This document shows positions 8,242-18,399 of a DNA stretch of 64,000 nucleotides, in pieces. The DNA lies in assembly GCA_017435255.1 (NCBI GenBank), contig JAFSFI010000010.1, positions 103,219 through 167,218 on the forward strand. The letters are read 5' to 3'. This stretch comes from Bacilli bacterium. Lineage in GTDB: Bacteria; Bacillota_I; Bacilli_A; RF39; UBA660. Numbering within the stretch: position 1 is the first letter of the stretch; every line of letters starts with the position of its first letter. The position numbers were made by a program, and so were the translations under genes. The notes beneath the pieces are model-generated. The model made no database searches. It had not been told where the DNA came from and saw only the letters and a list, made by a program, of their open reading frames with translations.

Positions 8242-9879
8242 ATGAAGAGTGATATAGAAATTTCTCAAAAGTGTAACAAAAAGAAAATTGTTGATGTAGG
8301 AAAGAGCATAGGTATTAGCGAGGATACGTTAGAATTATATGGTAATTATAAATCCAAGGTCGATTATACCAAATATAAGAATAAGAACAATGGTAAATTA
8401 ATATTGGTAACATCTGTTAATCCGACTCCATATGGTGAAGGAAAAACTACTGTTAGTATTGGTTTAGGAGATGCATTAAATTTGATCGGTAAAAAGGCTA
8501 TGATTGTTTTGCGTGAGCCTTCATTAGGCCCTGTTTTTGGTATAAAAGGTGGCGCTACTGGTGGAGGATATTCTCAAATTGTTCCGATGGATGATATAAA
8601 TTTACATTTTACAGGAGACCTACACGCTATTACTAGTTGTAATAATTTAATTAGTGCTGCTATTGATAATCATTTGTTTTTTGGCAATGAATTAGGGATT
8701 GATCCTAATAATATAGTTTTTAAAAGATGCATGGATATGAACGATAGAGCGTTAAGAAATATAACTATTCATAGTAAGGTTGATAGAAATGATTCATTTA
8801 ATATAACTGCAGCTAGTGAAGTAATGAGTATATTTTGTCTATCAAATGATTTGATGGAATTAAAAAATAATCTTTCTAATATCTTAATTGGATATACATT
8901 TGATGGGAAAGAAGTATTAGCTAAGGATTTACATTTAGAAGGCTCACTGACAGCGCTATTAAAGGATGCTATTAAACCTAATTTGGTTCAAACTTTAGAA
9001 AATAATCCAGTATTAGTTCATGGTGGACCTTTTGCAAATATTGCACACGGATGTAATACTATTATAGCTACCAAATTAGGATTATCTCTTTCTGATTATG
9101 TTGTAACTGAAGCTGGATTTGGATCTGATTTGGGTGCAGAAAAGTTTTTTGATATAAAATGCAGAAAAGCGGATTTGTCACCAAATTGCGTTGTTCTTGT
9201 TACAACATTGAAATCATTGAAATATAATGCAGGAGTCAGTAAAGATGAGATATTAATACCATCTGTGGATAAAGTTAAAGAAGGTCTACCTAATTTAATG
9301 GCCCATGTGGAAAACATAAAAAAATATACAAAAAATCTAATAGTTTGTTTAAACAAATATACAACAGATACAAATGAAGAGATAGATGTTGTTGAAGATT
9401 ATTGTAATAATGCAGATGTGTTGTTTGTAACCGAAGACAGTTATGTAACTGGTGGTAAAGGTTCTATTTCTTTAGCAGAAAAAGTAGTTGAACTCTGTAA
9501 TAATGAAAACGACTTTAAACTACTGTATGAAGATAATTTGTCAATAAAAGAAAAGATTGAAACTATAACAAAAGAAATTTATCATGCTGGCAAAGTAGAA
9601 TATACTCTTGACGCAGAAAGACAACTAGAAGAGTTAAATCAATATAGTAATTTGCCGGTATGTATTGCAAAAACACAATATTCATTGAGTGATGATCCTA
9701 AAGTGTTAGGGTATCCTAAAGATTATACAATTACAGTTAAAGAACTTAGACTTTATCGTGGAGCAGGTTTTATAACGGTATTATTAGGAGATATACTTAC
9801 TATGCCAGGATTATCCAAAAAACCTAATTTAGAAAATATAGATATAGATGAACACGGAGAAATAATAGGGTTATTTTAA
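8242..9879 (+). CDS. fhs: formate--tetrahydrofolate ligase
   Basis: N-terminus MKSDIEISQ, motif PTPYGEGKTTVSIGL, and ~545 aa length are typical of FTHFS. RBS ggaggg 7 nt upstream of ATG 8242 (the six-frame start at 8227 is less likely). Confidence 0.9.
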   Translation: MKSDIEISQKCNKKKIVDVGKSIGISEDTLELYGNYKSKVDYTKYKNKNNGKLILVTSVNPTPYGEGKTTVSIGLGDALNLIGKKAMIVLREPSLGPVFGIKGGATGGGYSQIVPMDDINLHFTGDLHAITSCNNLISAAIDNHLFFGNELGIDPNNIVFKRCMDMNDRALRNITIHSKVDRNDSFNITAASEVMSIFCLSNDLMELKNNLSNILIGYTFDGKEVLAKDLHLEGSLTALLKDAIKPNLVQTLENNPVLVHGGPFANIAHGCNTIIATKLGLSLSDYVVTEAGFGSDLGAEKFFDIKCRKADLSPNCVVLVTTLKSLKYNAGVSKDEILIPSVDKVKEGLPNLMAHVENIKKYTKNLIVCLNKYTTDTNEEIDVVEDYCNNADVLFVTEDSYVTGGKGSISLAEKVVELCNNENDFKLLYEDNLSIKEKIETITKEIYHAGKVEYTLDAERQLEELNQYSNLPVCIAKTQYSLSDDPKVLGYPKDYTITVKELRLYRGAGFITVLLGDILTMPGLSKKPNLENIDIDEHGEIIGLF

Positions 9880-9911
9880 TAAATTATATCCATAATATTA
9901 ATGGTGATATT

Positions 9912-10619
9912 ATGGATTTTTTTTATATCTTTATGAAATCTATCGGTTCAATTTTAGCTCTTTTCTTTTTTACTAAAGCAATGGGAAGAAAACAAGTATC
10001 CCAGTTGAACTTATATGACTATGTAATTGGTATTACAATAGGGAGTGTGGCTGCAGAAATATCAATTAACTTTGAAGCTAAATTTTTAAATGGGTTAATT
10101 GTCATGGGTGTATATACCATTGTGTCAATCTTAATCGCCCACTTTACAGCGAAAAGCATGAAACTTAGAAGATTTGTTGTAGGAGTACCAATTATTATTA
10201 TAGAAGATGGAAAAATAATTGAAGATAATGTCGAAAAATCAAAAATAGACTTAAGTGATTTATTACAAGAAGCTAGAAATAACGGATATTTTGATATAAG
10301 TGAAATAGAGTTTGCAATTATGGAGGCTAATGGTAAAATTAGCTTTAAACCTAAGAGCAAATATTCCCCAATTACCCCTAGTGATGTTAAACTAAAAGTA
10401 CCTTACGAAGGTTTGTGTTCCAACTTAGTCGTTGACGGACAAATAATGTCCAATAATTTAAAAGTGATAGAAAAAGATGACAAGTGGTTGTTAACTAGAC
10501 TAAGAAAAGAAGGATATAATCATGTAGAAGATTTGTTGTTAGTAACATGTGATAGCAAAGAAAAATTAACAATCTATAAAAAAGGCGAAGATAGTACAAA
10601 GCAAGGTTGCTTAGAATAA
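9912..10619 (+). CDS. DUF421 (YetF-family) membrane protein
   Basis: N-terminal TM helices plus a C-terminal soluble domain. Size and pattern match the B. subtilis YetF/YdfS family. Confidence 0.55.
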   Translation: MDFFYIFMKSIGSILALFFFTKAMGRKQVSQLNLYDYVIGITIGSVAAEISINFEAKFLNGLIVMGVYTIVSILIAHFTAKSMKLRRFVVGVPIIIIEDGKIIEDNVEKSKIDLSDLLQEARNNGYFDISEIEFAIMEANGKISFKPKSKYSPITPSDVKLKVPYEGLCSNLVVDGQIMSNNLKVIEKDDKWLLTRLRKEGYNHVEDLLLVTCDSKEKLTIYKKGEDSTKQGCLE

Positions 10620-10656
10620 AGAATATATGGTACACTTTTCGTATAGAAGGTGTACT

Positions 10657-12078
10657 ATGAAAAAATTGGATTGGAAATTATTTTTAATATTTGGAGGTAT
10701 TCTTTTTCTTGCAATATTTAGTTTTGGTTTCGGCTATGATTATTACTGGCATGTTAAAGCTGGTGAATATATGATAAGTAATCTAAAAATTCCTTATCAT
10801 GATGTTTTCTCTTGGTATGGTATTTCAAAAAACTTATACTGGATGAGTCATGAGTGGTTAAGTGAAGTAGTGATTTATGGATATAAATATATTTTTAAGG
10901 ATTTAGGACCGATTTTATTTAATATAACGGTTTATTCTATTTTAATATTATCATTATTTATATGTAACAAAGAAAAATTAGCCAAAAACAAAATATTCAC
11001 TTTTATTTGGTCTCTAATTGGTGTAATGACATTTTCGAGAGTGATGCTACCAAGGCCACACATGATTAGTTATGTGTTGTTGGCACTTACTATTCATGTT
11101 TTATATGATAATTTTAATAATAAAAATTCAAAAAAAATATATTGGTTGCCGTTTATTAGTATGTTGTGGTCAAACTTTCATGGTGGTTCATCTAATTTAC
11201 CTTATATTTTATGTTTTATGTTTTTAATTGCAGGCCTTTTCAAGTTTAAATTTGGCAAGATAGAAGCAAATAGAATAAATAATAATCAAATAAAAAAATA
11301 TTTAATTTGTGGATTACTAAGTATACTGTTTATTGCAATTAATCCGCATGGCTTGAAAATGCTTACATACCCATATATAAACATGGGAGATACTTTAATG
11401 ATTTCTAACATAACAGAATGGGCTAGCCCTAGTTTAAGTAATATGAGTGACATTGGTGATTTTATTTTATTAGGAATTGTTATTCTTGCTATGATAATTA
11501 CAAAGAAAAAAATAAAATTTATTGATTTTATTGTAGCGGGTGCATTTTTGGTTTTAGGTTTTAAAAGCTTGAAATTTATTTCTCTTTTATATATTGCTAG
11601 TACGTTTATAGTATTTAATTTTATAGATGAATATAAATTTAAAATACCCAATATAATGGCCGTTTCAATACTTGTTTCTATCATTATAGGTTTTGTAATA
11701 TCAACTCCAAAATTAATAGATAAATATAATAAAAAATTAATACCAGACGAAATAATTTCTTATATCAAAGAGAAAGAACCCAAGAAATTATATAATTATT
11801 ATGGATTCGGTGGATATTTAATTTACAATGATATACCAGTGTTTATTGATGGTAGAGCAGACATGTATTCTAAATATAACTTTAAAGATGCATTAGACAT
11901 TCAACACTATGGATATAGTTATTTATTAAAGGGGTATGATTTTGATATGTTTATAATACCTAATAACCTCTCACTAAACATACATTTATCTACTAATTCA
12001 AATTATGTTTTAACAATACAAAAAGAAAATGTAGTAATTTACGAAAAAAGTCAACAGAGCACTAGCAGTAATAGCTAA
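10657..12078 (+). CDS. polytopic integral membrane protein (>=10 TM), possibly GT-C-type glycosyltransferase
   Basis: Highly hydrophobic 470 aa. RBS aaggtg before ATG 10657. The function is a guess from topology only. Confidence 0.4.
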   Translation: MKKLDWKLFLIFGGILFLAIFSFGFGYDYYWHVKAGEYMISNLKIPYHDVFSWYGISKNLYWMSHEWLSEVVIYGYKYIFKDLGPILFNITVYSILILSLFICNKEKLAKNKIFTFIWSLIGVMTFSRVMLPRPHMISYVLLALTIHVLYDNFNNKNSKKIYWLPFISMLWSNFHGGSSNLPYILCFMFLIAGLFKFKFGKIEANRINNNQIKKYLICGLLSILFIAINPHGLKMLTYPYINMGDTLMISNITEWASPSLSNMSDIGDFILLGIVILAMIITKKKIKFIDFIVAGAFLVLGFKSLKFISLLYIASTFIVFNFIDEYKFKIPNIMAVSILVSIIIGFVISTPKLIDKYNKKLIPDEIISYIKEKEPKKLYNYYGFGGYLIYNDIPVFIDGRADMYSKYNFKDALDIQHYGYSYLLKGYDFDMFIIPNNLSLNIHLSTNSNYVLTIQKENVVIYEKSQQSTSSNS

Positions 12079-12144
12079 TGCTTTTTATTTACAATAATAC
12101 ATGGTTATGATACTATTTAGGTATAAAGTAATAGTGAGGTGTAT

Positions 12145-12681
12145 ATGAAAAAAAGGCTTAACTTTTTGTTGATTTTGTCTATCATATTCTTGGTAGTTAC
12201 AATTGTGTTGGGGTTTTTAGCCATTAGGTTTGATGGATTTAATTTTCCGTTTCTTAGCAAAATGAGTGAAACATTTAATAATATGGAAAATGACCCTGGT
12301 GCAGGATGGTATTTAATCTTTGCTGGTGGAGCTGCTATATTAGGAGATTTAGCACTAGGGTTATTATTAGTGTGGTATATAATATTTGTTCCATTTATAA
12401 TGAATTTATTGATAATAATTCTACAAGGAATAGCTAGATTATTTCAAATCGGTGTAGAAAAGGACTGGAAAAAGATCGTTAGCAAAGTCTTAACTGTTCT
12501 TTCTATCATAATTAGAATATTATTGTGTTTGTTGCTTTTATTTATATCACTTCTAGGTTTCCAAGTAAGTCAAATAATATTATTTATATTACTTGCTGCT
12601 AATATAGCGTGTGTGGTTTTATTTATTAAAGAATATATAAAAATGGGTAAAGGTAATACACAAGAACAAATAGTCCAATAA
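12145..12681 (+). CDS. small membrane protein, hypothetical
   Basis: 4 predicted TM helices. RBS gaggtg upstream of ATG 12145. Confidence 0.5.
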   Translation: MKKRLNFLLILSIIFLVVTIVLGFLAIRFDGFNFPFLSKMSETFNNMENDPGAGWYLIFAGGAAILGDLALGLLLVWYIIFVPFIMNLLIIILQGIARLFQIGVEKDWKKIVSKVLTVLSIIIRILLCLLLLFISLLGFQVSQIILFILLAANIACVVLFIKEYIKMGKGNTQEQIVQ

Positions 12682-12701
12682 AAAAAGCACTTAGTGCTTT
12701 T

Positions 12702-13778
12702 TTATTTTACGTATTCATTTAATGGTTTAACTCTGTATTTTAACTCATCCATTTTTTCTGTAGTAATAAATCCTGGTTCACAATTAATTAAATCAGGAAT
12801 TCTGTTAACTACAGTAGCACAAGTTAATTCAACGGTGTTAGGACGATTAACTACAATTGTAGTTGTTGGTTCACCTTCAACAGTCCATTCGTTTTTATCA
12901 AAGTCAGTATCTGCATACACTTTACCGATACATTCAGATTCAATGATAATTCCTTCTTTTGTTTCAGTAGTAACTACAGCACTCATTCCTGTAGCTTTCC
13001 CTTTTTCTACAACCATTCCTAAAGTACTAGAATTGATATCTTCGGTATGGGTTTGAGGAACACATTTTTGAGATTGACTTATTACTGTTAGTCCAAGTTT
13101 AGAAGCAAGCCAACCATTAACATTCCACATATATGAAGGCATAAATTCACCTTCGTTAATTAATTTTTGTCTTTCTTCTTCTGATATATTATCTGCCGAT
13201 GCTATATCACGTTCAAATTCTTCTAGTGTAAGCCCTGCACCATGTGCTTGCGCTAAAGCAATACCATAATCTTCTACATTATAGCTAGAGCTACCTTTAA
13301 TTTTTGTAATTTTGTTAGTAGAAGCGGCTATTGCACTAATAAGTTCACCCCAATAAATATCTTGGTATCCGCTACCCGTAATTGTACATCCAGTATGTTT
13401 AGCTATGACATCTATTGCTTTAGTTGCTATAGGATTTGAATTCCAAGAGAAGAAAGCTTCTTCACATGTAGAAATTGCATTTATACCCAATTTTGCACAA
13501 AGCATTAATGCATCATAAACATCATTTAAAAGGCTCATAGTAGTGACAATAGCAACATCCGGTTTAGCATTTTGTAGCATCTCAATAGCGTTATCTAATG
13601 ATGTAACCACAACACCTTGGTTTTCTATTCCCATTACTTCACCAATATCTTTTCCAATAATATTTGGATTAACATCGATAGCACCAACTATTTCACAACC
13701 ATGTTCCATAGCATATCTCATAGTATATACTGCCATTTTTCCAGTTCCGAATTGAACTACTTTAATTTTTCTATCCAT
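12702..13778 (-). CDS. NAD(P)-dependent amine dehydrogenase / dihydrodipicolinate reductase-like protein (2,4-diaminopentanoate dehydrogenase family-like)
   Basis: N-terminal Rossmann motif KVVQFGTGKMAVYTMRYAMEHGCEIVGAIDVNP. Start MDRK has RBS aggagga upstream. The longer six-frame ORF to 13922 is a non-coding 5' extension. Confidence 0.6.
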   Translation of the reverse strand: MDRKIKVVQFGTGKMAVYTMRYAMEHGCEIVGAIDVNPNIIGKDIGEVMGIENQGVVVTSLDNAIEMLQNAKPDVAIVTTMSLLNDVYDALMLCAKLGINAISTCEEAFFSWNSNPIATKAIDVIAKHTGCTITGSGYQDIYWGELISAIAASTNKITKIKGSSSYNVEDYGIALAQAHGAGLTLEEFERDIASADNISEEERQKLINEGEFMPSYMWNVNGWLASKLGLTVISQSQKCVPQTHTEDINSSTLGMVVEKGKATGMSAVVTTETKEGIIIESECIGKVYADTDFDKNEWTVEGEPTTTIVVNRPNTVELTCATVVNRIPDLINCEPGFITTEKMDELKYRVKPLNEYVK

Positions 13779-13905
13779 TTTATCCTCCTTATAATAAGGA
13801 TACAATATATGGTAAAAATATACAATAAATAACTTCTTCAACATCTGTAAAATCTTGACAATTCGTAAAGGTGGTATTATTATATTTTGATACGGAGGGA
13901 TTGGT

Positions 13906-14703
13906 ATGGAAGAGGATAACAAAAGAGAATGTGATAAACATGAAGATAGTTACTACAAAAAATTAACATTACCAAATGTTTTAACTTGTTTTAGGATGGT
14001 ATCATCAGTAGCTCTTTGTGGATATATTGCTACATATGGTATTACTTCACCATTATTAATAACATTAGCCACTGTTGGTATTGGTGCAACAGATGCCTTA
14101 GATGGATATTTAGCAAGAAACCACGGAATGGCTTCTCAATTAGGCTCTGTTTTAGACCCTATAGCGGATAAAATATATAATTGGGGGCTGGGTATTACTT
14201 TGATGGCAACTGGAATTATGCCATTATGGCCACTCTTAATATCTGCAAGAGATATAACAGTAGCAGGGATTACTAGTTATCAATTTAAGAAAAACGGAGT
14301 GGAGATGAAACCAACATTTCCAGCTAAAGCAAAAATGTTTTTACAAAGTGCGGGACTAGTAGCTACTTTAGCTTTTGGATTTGGAAGTAGTGGACTTTCT
14401 TTAATCGCTCCAATATGCATGGGGGCAGCAATTGCTACTGCTGTACCTGAAGCATTCTGTATTAAGAAAAAATATTTCAGCAAAAAAGGAGATAATGAAG
14501 ATATGGATTTTATGTCCGCAGAAATAAGGCATAATCAAGAAGAAAACAAAACTATGTCTCCAAATGAAAATAGTAAGACTTTAGAATATACAAGTCCTAC
14601 TATTGAAAATGTTAAAGATAATCCAAAAGTAATGAAAAAAACTATTTTTGGTAATTCACTTTTTCATAGTAAAAATAATAATAATAGTAATACAAGAAAG
14701 TAA
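13906..14703 (+). CDS. CDP-alcohol phosphatidyltransferase family protein with Asn-rich C-terminal tail (second pgsA-like paralog)
   Basis: Motif DGYLARNHGMASQLGSVLDPIADK matches D-G-x2-A-R-x8-G-x3-D-x3-D. RBS ggaggga upstream. ~70-aa low-complexity C-terminal tail. Confidence 0.75.
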   Translation: MEEDNKRECDKHEDSYYKKLTLPNVLTCFRMVSSVALCGYIATYGITSPLLITLATVGIGATDALDGYLARNHGMASQLGSVLDPIADKIYNWGLGITLMATGIMPLWPLLISARDITVAGITSYQFKKNGVEMKPTFPAKAKMFLQSAGLVATLAFGFGSSGLSLIAPICMGAAIATAVPEAFCIKKKYFSKKGDNEDMDFMSAEIRHNQEENKTMSPNENSKTLEYTSPTIENVKDNPKVMKKTIFGNSLFHSKNNNNSNTRK

Positions 14704-14863
14704 AAGAGTTCCTAAAAGAAAGAACGATGCTATTGTTTCAAGACTTATTACCATATTTATCACCTAATTAATTATAACTAAAAAAAATTATAATTGAAAG
14801 TATAAAACCGAAAAAAATTATTCATTATATAATATCATATGGTGATATATGATTAAGTGCATT

Positions 14864-14886
14864 GCAACCTTAATGGTTGCTTTTTT
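14864..14886 (+). terminator. rho-independent terminator
   Basis: gcaacc-ttaat-ggttgc followed by tttttt. Confidence 0.6.
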
Positions 14887-14952
14887 GTTGATATATTATT
14901 AAATTATTAATATAATTAATCATAGACACAATATAAATTATTTAGTTAAAAT

Positions 14953-14980
14953 TGATAAAAAAACAAACCTAGTGTATAAT
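14953..14980 (+). promoter_or_regulatory. sigmaA-type promoter TTGATA-N17-TGTATAAT
   Basis: Near-consensus -35 and extended -10, ~15 nt upstream of the RBS of gene 14998..15477. Confidence 0.5.
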
Positions 14981-14997
14981 TGTTTTTGGAGGTAGTT

Positions 14998-15477
14998 ATG
15001 AAATATATTAAAAAGAATAAATTAACTGTATTTATAATAGCAATATTTGTTGTAGTTGTTATTATCGGGGGATACTTGTATAATGCATTATTTAGTCAAG
15101 GAAGAAGTGGAATATACGGTAATAGACTTGACGGAATAAGTGAAGTGGAAATTAGTAAAAAGCAATATAAAGAAATAAAATCTAAATTAAAAGAAAACGA
15201 AAATGTTTTAACGGTTGATACAGATTTAAAAGGAAAAATTGTTAATATCATTATAACCGTTAAAGATGAAGTGACAAAAGAACAAGCTAAACAAATAGCT
15301 GGAACATCATTAAATGGATTTGACGAAGAACAATTAAAATTTTACGATATACAAATCTTTGTCAAGAAAGAAAACAAGGAATTAAATGATTTCCCTATAA
15401 TAGGGTATAAACAAAATGGAAAAGAAGGACTTTCGTGGTCAAAAGATAGACAGGTGACAATTAATGAAACTGAATAA
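14998..15477 (+). CDS. membrane-anchored hypothetical protein (N-terminal TM, ~130-aa extracytoplasmic domain)
   Basis: RBS ggaggt 5 nt before ATG 14998. Overlaps the downstream sensor gene by 14 nt. Confidence 0.5.
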   Translation: MKYIKKNKLTVFIIAIFVVVVIIGGYLYNALFSQGRSGIYGNRLDGISEVEISKKQYKEIKSKLKENENVLTVDTDLKGKIVNIIITVKDEVTKEQAKQIAGTSLNGFDEEQLKFYDIQIFVKKENKELNDFPIIGYKQNGKEGLSWSKDRQVTINETE

Positions 15478-17500
15478 AAAATTAATTATTTTTATACCAA
15501 TAATAATTGCAGTAATAGTATTCTTATCGCTTTACTTTTACTATAACAATGAGGATCAAAATGCTCTAACGGTAAGTGATAAAAAATGGATTGAATCCAA
15601 TGCCTCTACAGTTTATGATTTGGAACTTATAAGCAATTATCCTGTATATGGAGAAAATGGAGTGTTTTATGAGTTCGTGGACGACTTTGAAGAAGATACA
15701 AAGCTAGAAATTAATATTGTACCTTATTTAAAAACAGGTAAGCCAATGACAAATAGCTTTAGATTTAGAGTTTTAAAAAATGATGAGACTTTAACGGACA
15801 AAGATTTATTATTAGGTGAGGATGTTTATGTTGCTATTAGTAAAAGCAATTTAAAAATTAATAGAGTTATGGATTTTAAAGACATGACTATAGGTGTATT
15901 TAATGACGATGTAGGGGAAATTAGTTATTATTTAAAAACTGGTTCTAATACAACATATAAGCCATATGACTCTATAGAGAAAATGATTGATGCTTTAGAA
16001 AATTCTGAAGTAGAAATAATTATCATTCCGAATATTATGTATTTAGATAAAACAATTTCAAATGAAGAATATTTTATTAATTACACATTAACTGAAATGA
16101 ATAATAAGATTGTATTAACATTAAGTGATAATAACGAAAGATTAAATGATATTGTTAGAAAGTATTATAAAAAATGGAAAGATAACAACTATGTTAATGT
16201 TTATAACAATAATTTATTAGACTATTATATTGAAAACAATAATATTAATGATAAAACGAAGGCAGATTTATTGTCTAAAAATTATGTTTACGGATATGTA
16301 GAAAATCCGCCATACGAAGCTACAGTAGATAAGAAATTAGTAGGTATTAGTGGTGAATATATAAATCGAATTCAAAGATTAACTGGAATTGAATTCACAT
16401 TTAAGAAATACAATTCAATAGATGAATTAAAAAAAGCAAATGATAATGGTGAAGTGGATATTTATTTTAATTATTATAATTATTCAAAATCAAATTATAA
16501 GGCAACAACATCTACCTTTGTAGAAGAATATGTAGTTTTGTCAAAAACAAAGAACTTATATGTTATTAATTCGTTTGAAGCATTAAAGGGTGTTAAAACT
16601 AGTATTCTAGGTGGAAATGCTTTATATAATTATTTTAAAGATAATAGTAAAGCAAGTATTACACCATATGATGATTTAGATACATTAATTAAAAAAAGTG
16701 ATGACAGTGTTTTAGTAATTGATAGAGAAGTTTATACAATTAATAGAAATAGTAAATTTAAAAACTATGAAGTTCTATATAATGGAATAATGACTAACGA
16801 TTATAATTTTATGGTAAAAGAAAATAATCATTCTTTCTATGAATTGTTTAATTATATAATTAATACTAATTCATACTATCGTTATAGAAATGCAGGTATT
16901 AATAGTCTTAACCCTTCTATATTAGAAAGAACTACTTTTGAACAATTATATGTAATAATTTTAGGGATAATATTTATACCTCTTATTATATTAAGTATCT
17001 TATATGTGGTTATTAAAAGACGTCATAAAGTAAAAGTTGTGAAGAAAGAAGAAAGAAAAAAATATACAGATATGCTTACTTCTTTAAAAAACAGAAATTA
17101 TTTGAATTTTAATATAAAAATATGGAATGAATCTAAAAAATATCCACAATCTATAGTTATAATAGATTTAAATAATGTTAAATACGTTAATGATAATTAT
17201 GGACATGAAGCAGGAGATAAATTGATTGTCCAAGCAGCTAGCATCTTAGTAAACACTCAATTAGAAAATAGTGAAATTATAAGAACCGATGGAAATGAAT
17301 TTTTAATATACTTAGTAGGATATAGCGAACAACAAATATCAACATATACTAATAAGTTAACTAAAGAATTCAAAACTCTTCCATACGGATTTGGTGCTGC
17401 TTTAGGTTATAGTATGATTAAAGATGATATCAAAACTATTGATGATGCAATAAACGAAGCAACTTTGGAAATGAGAACAGAAAAAGAAGATTATAAATAA
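15464..17500 (+). CDS. membrane sensor protein with large extracytoplasmic domain and C-terminal degenerate GGDEF domain
   Basis: TM1 near the N-terminus, TM2 around residue 490, then a GGDEF-like domain (DLNNVKYVNDNYGHEAGDKLI ... RTDGNEFLIY). The GGDEF motif is replaced by DGNEF. Confidence 0.6.
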   Translation: MKLNKKLIIFIPIIIAVIVFLSLYFYYNNEDQNALTVSDKKWIESNASTVYDLELISNYPVYGENGVFYEFVDDFEEDTKLEINIVPYLKTGKPMTNSFRFRVLKNDETLTDKDLLLGEDVYVAISKSNLKINRVMDFKDMTIGVFNDDVGEISYYLKTGSNTTYKPYDSIEKMIDALENSEVEIIIIPNIMYLDKTISNEEYFINYTLTEMNNKIVLTLSDNNERLNDIVRKYYKKWKDNNYVNVYNNNLLDYYIENNNINDKTKADLLSKNYVYGYVENPPYEATVDKKLVGISGEYINRIQRLTGIEFTFKKYNSIDELKKANDNGEVDIYFNYYNYSKSNYKATTSTFVEEYVVLSKTKNLYVINSFEALKGVKTSILGGNALYNYFKDNSKASITPYDDLDTLIKKSDDSVLVIDREVYTINRNSKFKNYEVLYNGIMTNDYNFMVKENNHSFYELFNYIINTNSYYRYRNAGINSLNPSILERTTFEQLYVIILGIIFIPLIILSILYVVIKRRHKVKVVKKEERKKYTDMLTSLKNRNYLNFNIKIWNESKKYPQSIVIIDLNNVKYVNDNYGHEAGDKLIVQAASILVNTQLENSEIIRTDGNEFLIYLVGYSEQQISTYTNKLTKEFKTLPYGFGAALGYSMIKDDIKTIDDAINEATLEMRTEKEDYK

Positions 17501-17519
17501 TGGATAGGAATAACAAAAT

Positions 17520-18335
17520 ATGAAAAGAAGGATAAAAGCTTTATATAAACGATTAATAAAAAATATAAGGAAGCCGGAAATGTTAATTTTGCCTGGTCAG
17601 CTTTCCTTCTTTTTTCTTATGACTATTGTTCCATTAGGTGCGTTATTTATTAGTATTTTTTCTAGATTACATATAACTACAGATTTTATTGGAGATTTAA
17701 TTATCAATAACGTACCAAAAGCCTTAATAGGCATTATAGATACATTATCCATTGGCGCTAGAGCTAACACTAATGCGATTATTTTCTTTATATCAGCTTT
17801 AGTTTTGGCTTCTAATGGAACACATTCAATGATAATAGCTTCTAATAAATTATATAATATTAAAGATAAAGATTATATTGGTAGAAGAGCTAAATCAATA
17901 TTAATGATGCTAGTATTAATTGGATTATTGCTTTTTATATTTTTAGTACCAGTTTTTGGTGATATGATTATTAAAATGGTTCAAAGTGTTAGCAACCAAA
18001 ACATAGGAAACATTGTAAAGAATATATATAATATTTTAAAATATCCAATATCTTTTGCGTTAGTGTTTGCAGCAATTAAATTACTATATATAATGGCACC
18101 GGACATTAAAATAAAGTCTAAAGAAGTAAATTATGGTGCAATATTTACAAGTTTCAGTTGGGTATTAGTTACGCAAATATATTCAATATATGTAGAAAAT
18201 TTTTCAAACTATACCAATTTATATGGAAGCTTGTCTAATATTTTAGTACTTATGTGGTGGGTATATATACTTTCATATATTTTTGTATTAGGAATAGGGT
18301 TAAATGTTACCAAATATCAACTAACAAAAGAATAG
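17520..18335 (+). CDS. YihY/BrkB-family membrane protein
   Basis: 271 aa, 6 TM, N-terminal basic region then PGQLSFFFLMTIVPL, typical of the YihY family. Confidence 0.6.
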   Translation: MKRRIKALYKRLIKNIRKPEMLILPGQLSFFFLMTIVPLGALFISIFSRLHITTDFIGDLIINNVPKALIGIIDTLSIGARANTNAIIFFISALVLASNGTHSMIIASNKLYNIKDKDYIGRRAKSILMMLVLIGLLLFIFLVPVFGDMIIKMVQSVSNQNIGNIVKNIYNILKYPISFALVFAAIKLLYIMAPDIKIKSKEVNYGAIFTSFSWVLVTQIYSIYVENFSNYTNLYGSLSNILVLMWWVYILSYIFVLGIGLNVTKYQLTKE

Positions 18336-18399
18336 CCAATATTCTTTTTTTATTGATATAATTTAATAAAAAACTTATAATATTAAGCATTGACTAGAA

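Noticed and set aside
14704-14979. 276-nt AT-rich intergenic region inspected for a tRNA or riboswitch.
   Set aside because: No cloverleaf-compatible stems or known riboswitch cores seen. It contains only a terminator hairpin and a sigmaA-like promoter.
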